From: Mytilus californianus
Taxonomy: Eukaryota
Assembly: GCF_021869535.1 (NCBI RefSeq)
Contig: NW_026262679.1
Coordinates: forward strand, 106,764,001-106,828,000
Direction of reading: 5' to 3'
DNA: 64,000 bases
Shown here: positions 55,301 to 64,000 of the stretch, in pieces
How positions within the stretch are numbered: position 1 is the first letter of the stretch
How the letters are laid out: every line of letters begins with the position of its first letter
Notes under the pieces: model-generated
The model's input: the letters and a program-made list of their open reading frames with translations, nothing else
The model's database searches: none
What the model was told of the DNA's origin: nothing
Position numbers and translations under genes: made by a program

Positions 55301-58300
55301 GTACAATTATTCAACGTTTCATACTATGTCAATCAGATACATTTTGGTACAGTTATTCAACGTTTTTTTACTATGTCATTCAGATACACTTGGTACAATT
55401 ATTCAACGTTTCTGACTATGTCCATCAGATACACTTGGTACAATTATTCAACGTTTCAGACTATGTCAATCAGATACACTTGGTACAATTATTTAACGTT
55501 TCAGACTATGTCAATCAAATACACTTGGTACAAATATTCAACGTTTTAGACAATGTCAATCAGATACACTTGGTACAATTATTCAACGTTTCAGACTATG
55601 TCCATCATATACACTTGGTACAATTATTCAACGTTTCAGACTATGTCCATCATATACACTTGGTACAATTATTCAACGTTTCTGACTATGTCCATCAGAT
55701 ACACTTGGTACAATTATTCAACGTTTCAGACTATGTCAATCAGATACACTTGGTACAATTATTCAACGTTTCTGACTATGTCAATCAGATACACTTGGTA
55801 CAATTATTCAACGTTTCATACTATGTCAATCAGATACATTTTGGTACAGTTATTCAACGTTTTTTTACTATGTCATTCAGATACACTTGGTACAATTATT
55901 CAACGTTTCGGACTATGTTAACTAGATAACCTTTAACTTTACAATTGTTCAACGTTTAAGACTATTTCAATCAGATAACCTTTAACTTAACAATTATTCA
56001 ACGTTTCAGACTATATCAAATCAGATTCACTTGGTACAATTTTTCAATGTTTCAGACTATGTCAATCAGATACACTTGGTACAATTATTCAACGTTTCAT
56101 ACTATGTCAATCAGATACACTTGGTACAATTATTCAACGTTTCAGACTATGTCAATTAGATAACCTTTAACTTAACAATTATTTAACGTTTCAGACTATG
56201 TCAATCAGATAACCTTTAACTTAACAATTATTTAACGTTTAAGACTATGTCAATCAGATAACCTTTAACTTAACAATTATTTAACGTTTTAGACTATGTC
56301 AATCAGATAACCTTTAACTTAACAATTATTCAACGTTTCTGACTATGTCAATCAGATACACTTGGTACAATTATCTAACGTTTCAGACTATGTCAATCAG
56401 ATACACTTGGTACAATTATTCAACGTTTCAGACTATATCAATCAGATACACTTGGTACAATTATTCAACGTTTCAGACTATATCAAATCAGATACACTTG
56501 GTACAATTATCTAACGTTTCAGACTATGTCAATCAGATACACTCGGAACAATTATTCAACGTTTCAGACTATATCAATCAGATACACTTGGTACAATTAT
56601 TCAACGTTTCAGACTATATCAAATCAGATACACTTGGTACAATTATTCAACGTTTCAGACTATGTCAATCAGATACACTTGGTACAATTATTCAACGTTT
56701 CAGACTATGTCAATCAGATACACTTGGTACAATTATTCAACGTTTCTGACTATATCCATCAGATACACTTGGTACAATTATTCAACGTTTCTGACTATAT
56801 CCATCAGATACACTTGGTACAATTATTCAACGTTTCAGACTATGTCAATCAGATAACCTTTAACCTTACAATTATTTAAAGTTTCAGACTATGTCAATCA
56901 GATAACCTTTAACTTAACAATTATTCAACGTTTCAAGCTATGTCAATCAGATGACCTTTAACTTTACAATTTTTTAACATTTCAGCTACGAAGAAAAAAT
57001 ATATTAGACTTACCTTTGGATCCATGACATTTTTTCCACACAATATATTCCTAATATCACCCTAAATAAAATTACAAAATTTTTAATTTCAATTACATAT
57101 TAAGTTAGGCATATTATTTTTAATTGTTACCAATAGTAGCCTTAAACATTATACAGCTAGTCGTTTTGGTGGGATTTTTGTTAATGATTTTATACTCATC
57201 AAATTACCTATCTTTTTTCTAAAAATACTGAAACATCACAAATAACTTCAGAAAAAAGCACGATGTAACACTCTTTTTGGCAAATTAGGCAACCAAGATG
57301 AAATTACACAGTGACTGTTTAAATATTTTTTTCAAGAGTTGATTGATTTGCAAACATTGTAATATGACAAATGCAACAGAGAGTCATTTAATTAACTTAG
57401 ACGTTGCCGTATACTGATGGTTTTTGAACAAAGTTTATACATATTTTGGAATCACGATGAAATATGTCTGATGGATCTCTCTTATCAACCAACAATATGA
57501 TTTTTTCAGAATTGAAATACAAAATGCTACCGAAATAAATATCTGATAATCTATTATAATAGTAAGTGTTCGATATGCAATCATACATATTTCTAAAAAC
57601 TTAACTATCTTATACAGTCGCTTTAACATTTCATTTTGATGTCCGAATTTTAATAGTTCCTACAATATTGTCTAACCGAGAAATATCTTATACATGTATC
57701 AATATTGTTAACCAAGTTATGTTCACTTATATCCCTCTCTTGTCGACGTCGAGGCTATTTATTTTCGAGATTTTTAACGTACTCGAAGAAATTTGACATA
57801 TTCTCGTTTTTTTCTGTTTGCAATGGTCGCGTTTGTAAATCAGTCACTTTATACTATTTATAACTGTACATACCGCTTTGATCTTACAACACGATGCTGG
57901 AACGGAACATCTTTCTGGAGATTTACTGGTAGTGGTACAATTGTAATACATGTTGTCGTTCCAGTCAAGGAATCCGTCTTCCTTGTCTCCAAGTCCACAA
58001 CATTTCAACTACAAGTAAAAGTTCAAAAGGTATTTATGATATAATAATTCATTATTGCCACTACACGTTGAGCAAGAAGGCATTATTTTAAATTACAGTT
58101 TGAGAATACATGTACATGAATTCATGGTAATAATGTTTAGCATTTCTTTACTAGAGAACTACACATTTTCAGCATTTTTTGCTCACCTGGCCCAAAAGGG
58201 CCAAGTGAGCTTTTCTCATCACCTGGCGTCCGTCGTCCGTTAACTTTTACAAAAATCTTCTGCTCTGAAACTACTGGGCCAAATTTAACCAAACTTGGCC

Positions 58301-61300
58301 AAAATCATCATTGTGGTATCTAGTTTTAAAAATGTGTCCGATGACCCTGCCCACCAACCAAGATGGCCGCCATGGCTAAAAATAAAACATAGGGGTAAAA
58401 TGTAGATTTTGGCTTGTATCTCTGAAACCAAAGCATTTAGAGGAAATCTGAAATGGGTTAAAATTGTTTATCATGTCAATATCTATCTGCCCTGAAATTT
58501 TCAGACAAATCAGACAACCTGTTGTTAGGTTGATGCCCCTGAATTGGTAATTTTAAGAAAATTTTGCAGTTTTTGGTTATTATCTTGAATATCATTATAG
58601 ATAGAGATAAACTGTTAACAGCAATAATGTACAGCAAAGTAAGATCTACAAATATGTCAACATGACCAAGTGGTCAATTGGCCCCTTAAGGAGTTATTGC
58701 CCTTTGTAGTCAATTTTTAACAATTTTTTGTAAATTTTTGTAATCTTTTACAAAAATCTTCTCCTCTGAAACTACTGAGACAAATTTAACCAAACTTGGC
58801 CACAATCATCATAAGGGTATCTAGTTTAAAAAATGTGTTCGATGACCCCGCTTACCAACCAACATGGCTGACATGGTTAAAAATAGAACATAGGGGTAAA
58901 ATGCAGATTTTGGCTTATATCTCTGAAACTAAAGCATTTAGAGCAAATCTGACATGGATTAAAAATGTTCATCAGGTTTAGATTTATCTGCCCTGAAATT
59001 TTCAGACAAATTAGACAACCCGTAGTTGGGTTGCTGCCCCTGAATTGGTAATTTTAGGAAGTTTTGCAGTTTTTGGTTATCTTGAATATTATTATAGATA
59101 GAGATAAACTGTAAACAGCATGTTCAGCAAAGTAAGATCTACAAATAAGTCAAACATGACCAAAATTGTCAATTGACCCCATAAGGCGTTATTGCCCTTT
59201 AAATTAAATTTTTCACATTTTTTCGTCAATTTCTGTTATCTTTTACAAAAATCTTCTCCTCTAAAACTACTGAGACAAATTTAACCAAACTTGGCCACAA
59301 TTATCATTAGGATATCTTGTTTAAAAGATGTGTCCGATGACCCCGCCTGCCAACCAACATGGCCGACATGGCTAAAAATAGAACATTTGAGCTCTACCAA
59401 CTGTCTATTTACGTCAAAATTGTCAGACGACTTCTTATAGGAATTATTGCCCTATATTTTACCTTTTTTCATTTTTGCCTATTATCTTGAAAACTATAAT
59501 AGATACATAGAAACATTAAATTGCAAAAATGATCAGCAAGATAAGTTCTACAAATAAGTTTCTTTGTCAAAATCGTCAGCCTACTCTTTATGAGAGTAAT
59601 TGCCCTTTGATGATGATTTTTACAATATTTTGCGTTTTTGCCCTATTTCTTAAAAATTATAATAGATAGATAGAAACTTAAACAGGCAAAAATGATCAGC
59701 AAAACAATAGCTACAATTAAGACAATAAAGAGGAAATCGTCCGATCTACTAACAAGTCACATTTTGCTGATAAAGGTAGTAGGCTGTCACTCTTTATAGG
59801 AGTGATTGCCCAGCCTCTTAAATAAGGATTGTTTTAACCCCCTTTTGTGTTTTGAGCAAAAACTAAAGAAGATAGAGAGAAACTAAACAGCTAAATGATC
59901 AGCAATACAAGATCAACAAAACAGAGATTTTTCTCATGAATTCTATTCATGTCTTCAATGTTGGAGAGTGTCCTTTGTTGAATATGAACATAGACCAAGG
60001 TTGACACAGGCTCTTTAGAACCTCTAGTTCCTTTCAAAATTAACACAAAAAAAAAAGACTATGTTTCCATATAACACCATGCCTTGCTTACACTATCACA
60101 TTTCCATGTAATGTGAACTGTGAATTATAAGTTGAAATCCTAGTTTTGCATATATTCAAAAACGTTTACATCATAACGTGTAACAATTTTCAAGTTGAGG
60201 TGACCAAAAATTCATGGTAAACTAGCTTAAATCAAAACTTTAACCTGATTACGAGATAGTCAAAAGAATAGATGGACAGACAAATTAATAGATGTACAGA
60301 CAAATTGATAGATGGACAGACAAATTAAAAGATGGACAGACAAATTAATAGATGGACAGACAAATCGATAGATTGGCATACAAATTAATAGATGGACAGA
60401 CAAATCGATAGATGGGCAGACAAATTAATAGATGGACATACAGATCGATAGATGGGCAGACAAATTAGTAGATGGACAGACAACAAATTGACATTATACA
60501 CTCTAAGGCCGGGCAAAAGGCTTAAACTTACTTTGTTGTATGGAAAGTCTAAATTAAAAATTAACAAACATACTTCAGTCACAACTTACTTTAGTCGACT
60601 GTCAGTTCAAAGCTCATTCGAATGAGAATCCGTCTAACTTGACCAATTTCAGGGGCAAAGTGTAAACACTGCTTACATTTATCAATGTCTACTATCAAGA
60701 AAGCAGAGAAGAACTAACCGTTTGCTGTATATTATCTATGAAGTTGACCATATCATCATCGTCTACTACACCATATTTTATAATTGCCTCATGCATAGAC
60801 TTTTCAGGAAATAAACCAAGTTGTTCTCGAGCATCCGGTACAAAATAAAATACAAACACAAATATCACAAAGACAATTTCTCCAACGAACATGAATGTTA
60901 CCAAATAGTTAAACTGAAATAAACAATAAAAAATAAATAAATTTGAAGTTCAGTACCTGATAGTTTGAATTGCACACAATAAATAATCGCTTTATGGTTA
61001 TTTTCAATACACTGTTCTTATGTTTTGTATTTATGACTACATTGATTTTTTGGTCTACCTTTTCGAAATGGTCTTGATTTAAAAATGTCAATGTCTTTTA
61101 GTCATATTGTATATTGTCTCATATCTTAATGTTATTTTCGTAGACACCCACCAATGGTTGAAGACACTATGTAGTCATTTTGGGATATAATTTGGTAATT
61201 TGTGTCGTTAGCTTGTTGTCTCGGCATGGACGTATGCTTCGAATCTCTTTTTATTCAAACTTTAAGAAGATAACAATTTCATCTGTAATCTATTTGACAT

Positions 61301-63238
61301 GGTTTCAAACCATTCAAACATATTTTACCGGTGCAAACGTAAACAGTTTTAAAGTATTGGTTTTCATTTTGATTTGAATGGAATCTTTTTTGGATGATTT
61401 TTATACTGTTCACACTTAACGAGTATATTTTCAAATTATTAACTTACTATTTTCATCGTGGTTTCAAACTATTTAAACTGATGTTAATGTCAAAGTTTTA
61501 TTGCAGTTTTTGTTATAAAACTGGTGTGTTTTCTTCTTGTATACATAATTAAGTTACTTACAAACTGTAAAAAACATGTATTCTCTCTCAAAGCACCCAT
61601 ACAACCAAAGAATGCTACAAATACAATGACTGCTCCCGCAGTACACATAATAGTGGACGGATCCAAGAAGAAATCAAACGTATCTTTCACAACTTTATGT
61701 TTCAGAATAAGAATGTACGTTCCAAGAATTGTAAAGGCGAGACCAAGAATCTAAAAAAATCAAAATATAAATATACAATTGAGAAGAAGGAAATACAGAT
61801 CTCTTGTATAAAAATGAAAATCGAGTCATTTTTTTTAACATCCCCAATAAGATAATTTTTGGCTGTCCATTGTCCTAACTATGCGTTGTTGGATTAATTT
61901 TAAAGCGAGGATCATGACGCAACAGACGATTTTTATTTTATCTTGCCAATTAATCAAGCATCCTATTCTGTGTACTAGTATATAATTTTCTTTATTAAAT
62001 TCGATTGCCCTTTATTGAACGTTATAGTCATCATTTTACAATACATGTACATGTTGCTCTTAATTACTAATTGTTTTTACAAATATCTAGTTTTTGTTCA
62101 CCTTTGTTTAATTTATTAGCATTACCTTCCTCTAATGATTATGATTGAGTGAGATGTACGAGAAAACATCGAGACAAAAATAACATATTTCTTGTTAATG
62201 CACATCAAACAACAGATCAAGTAATTCATCACAAATACCAGGCTTAAAATTGTGTACGCCAGACACGCGTTTCGTCTACAAAAGACTCGTCAGTGACGCT
62301 CGAATCAAAGAAGTTAAATAGCCCAAAATAAAGTCCGAAGTTGAAGAGCATAGAGGATCAAGCAGTCCGAATTTACGGAAAGGTTTTGCAAAATACAGCT
62401 AAAGTAATCCATTCCTGGGAAGAACATCATTACTATTTGAAAAATTAAAAGTTTTGTAAACAGTTAACTTATAAGTTTGACCATTCAATGATTCATGTCA
62501 ACATAGAAATGTTGAAGACACTTCTAAATTAACTGTTGACTCTAGCGTAGACTGGTGTCTCTAATGGGACAGATTTAGACATAGAATAAGGAGATGTGGT
62601 AGGATTGACAGCCAAGGAGACAAATATCCAACAGAGTCCAAATGACGCGCATAGTCTGCTTTAAAAGGACCCGACATGACAAAGTTCAACTCTTCGTTAT
62701 TTCTCCACTTTATTAAATTTGGCAAGATTGAAGACCTGTTTCATATTTTAGCCTGATTGTATGTCCTAGACATTTGACTAATTGTTTTTTTATGAGACTC
62801 ATTAATAAATTGGAGGCAGGTCTTAGACCGCTCAAGAGGGCTCAATAAATGTAGTAAAACGAGATGACTGGCAAATGAAATTTCACTCTGACAAATGTTT
62901 TTATCATGATGTATTATTGGTTTCATATTTCTGCATTAACGCCTTATGCTCAACTTGCTTTCATTTTGAGGGTATTATATCAAAAACACTACCCAATACC
63001 GACTATTAGTCTCTGTAAGAACAACAATTTTAGGCTTGCTTTAGATATATATATATATATATATTTTGTCTCGACAGTATGATCATTTACATAACTGTGT
63101 AACCTGGTACTATTGAACCTATAATACTAATAATACAAATAGTTGATAAATTACTCTTACCCAGAAAACGAAATTTAGAGAGAACAATAAGTATTTAACG
63201 ATTGGATTAATTTCCGATTTTTCCCGCCTGCGTGCCAT
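52354..63238 (-). CDS. Tetraspanin of the TspanC8 subgroup (TSPAN5/14/15/17/33-like), 324 aa; exons 63238-63161, 61750-61562, 60913-60719, 58008-57874, 57061-57014, 53556-53422, 52548-52354
   Basis: Seven phase-0 exons join in frame (975 nt). Motifs: [13 protein letters not shown] (TM1), [37 protein letters not shown] motif, eight cysteines in the large extracellular loop (CC, C, C, CC, C, C), QIKAQKAKW after TM4. Confidence 0.92.
53927..56986 (+). repeat. 45-bp tandem array of about 3 kb (roughly 65-68 units, with 46- and 49-bp variants) filling tetraspanin intron 5
   Basis: Unit gactatgtcaatcagatacacttggtacaattattcaacgtttca; period measured between 55201 and 55246. Confidence 0.97.
58178..60029 (+). 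mobile_element. HINE/Helentron-like element, same family, with expanded internal core repeats (tetraspanin intron 3)
   Basis: 5' gctcacctggcccaaaagggccaagtgagc, cgtc microsatellite, repeated aaaatcttctcctctgaaactactg cores, 3' acacaggctctttagaacctctagtt. Confidence 0.65.
60268..60485 (+). repeat. 20-bp tandem repeat (atagatggacagacaaatta), about 10-11 copies
   Basis: Visible periodic repeat in tetraspanin intron 3. Confidence 0.85.
62224..62365 (+). repeat. Dispersed repeat (ataccaggc...acgccagacacgcgtttcgtctacaaaagactcgtcagtgacgctcgaatc)
   Basis: Single dispersed-type copy whose 61-bp segment is homologous to the 59-bp minisatellite unit. Confidence 0.6.
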
Positions 63239-63319
63239 CTCATCATCTCCAAATTAGTTTTCTTGTAGAATGAAATTTATAGGCGGTTATCCTGATCCGA
63301 ATTAAACAAAAACAAAGTG

Positions 63320-63345
63320 TCTCACGTCATCCCGGAAGTCCTGAT
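63320..63345. promoter_or_regulatory. ETS motif CCGGAAGT (63332-63339) next to TCACGTCA, upstream of the tetraspanin ATG
   Basis: Exact class I ETS consensus about 95 bp upstream of the ATG in a CpG-richer patch; a second CCGGATGT at 63664-63671. Confidence 0.35.
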
Positions 63346-64000
63346 ATTTTTGTGATTTACTGTCGAATTTCAAGATAACAGTGAATGTAAATATAACCTT
63401 ACATAAATTGATCGATAACGATATAGACTGTGAACAACATGAGGCAATTGGTTGTTAGAACTGTAAATTTTACACTTTTGGAAATTGATAACAAGCCTTG
63501 CGCGTTTTGCTTTAACGTATTTGGGTCGGTGAATATTTTTAACCAGATCGATTAAAAAACACAATATGTAAAATATACAATCAAAATCATGATTTGTGTG
63601 TTATTACAACATGTATTACGATATCATCAATCTCGATTCGTCCTTCCTTCTTCGTTGAGGAGGCCGGATGTTACTTTTCTCTGACGTTTTAGCTAGGAGT
63701 ATCATGTCGAAAGTTCAGCAAGATTTTATTAGCTTTCCGAAGCACATATATAAGAGTTGCTGTAAAATACTCTAATATTCTATATGTAGGGAACGGTCCT
63801 TGGGATAGAAACCGATACAACCGTTGACAGTACACTTACAAACGACTAAGATAAAAGGTTTTTTGTATGGAATTGACGAAGGTTAACTTTGCAATTGTGT
63901 TTTACACGAGCGACATACAAATCTAACGCAGCAAAGTGAAAGATCTTATCTTAACCAAACTGGTTTACTTTACCTCAGGAAGTTGCAATCTTGGGATGTT

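Noticed and set aside
53880-56879. Long plus-strand ORFs (up to 390 aa) of repeated [15 protein letters not shown] / [15 protein letters not shown]
   Set aside because: They arise because the 45-bp unit is a multiple of three and lacks stops in some frames. They overlap in several frames, shift at 46-bp units, and lie antisense in a tetraspanin intron.
63974-64000. Minus-strand donor (cctgag|gtaaag) at the right edge
   Set aside because: It could end a 5' UTR exon of the tetraspanin or an exon of a neighbouring gene; too little sequence to call.

Overview
AT-rich eukaryotic genomic DNA with spliceosomal introns. The repeat families and gene content suggest a bivalve mollusc (Mytilus-like; inference). 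Five protein-coding genes can be rebuilt exon by exon with GT-AG junctions and consistent reading-frame phases: (1) HPDL on the minus strand, 5 exons, running off the left edge; (2) allantoicase ALLC on the plus strand, 12 coding exons, 388 aa, ending in a peroxisomal AKL signal and head-to-head with HPDL; (3) a Glass-like four-finger C2H2 gene; (4) a 6-exon, 418-aa secreted cyanophycinase-like S51 peptidase with an intact Ser-His-Glu triad and the cyanophycin-binding R-x-R-x-x-R motif, the most striking feature; (5) a 7-exon TspanC8 tetraspanin. Introns and intergenic DNA hold many non-autonomous DNA elements, including a plant-like CACTA element with a 3-bp TSD whose empty site is visible in a paralogous repeat in the same window. 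There are also TIR elements with 5-bp and 4-bp TSDs, Helentron/HINE-like repeats, hairpin elements, and tandem arrays of 59, 46, 45 and 20 bp. No rRNA, tRNA or CRISPR array was found.
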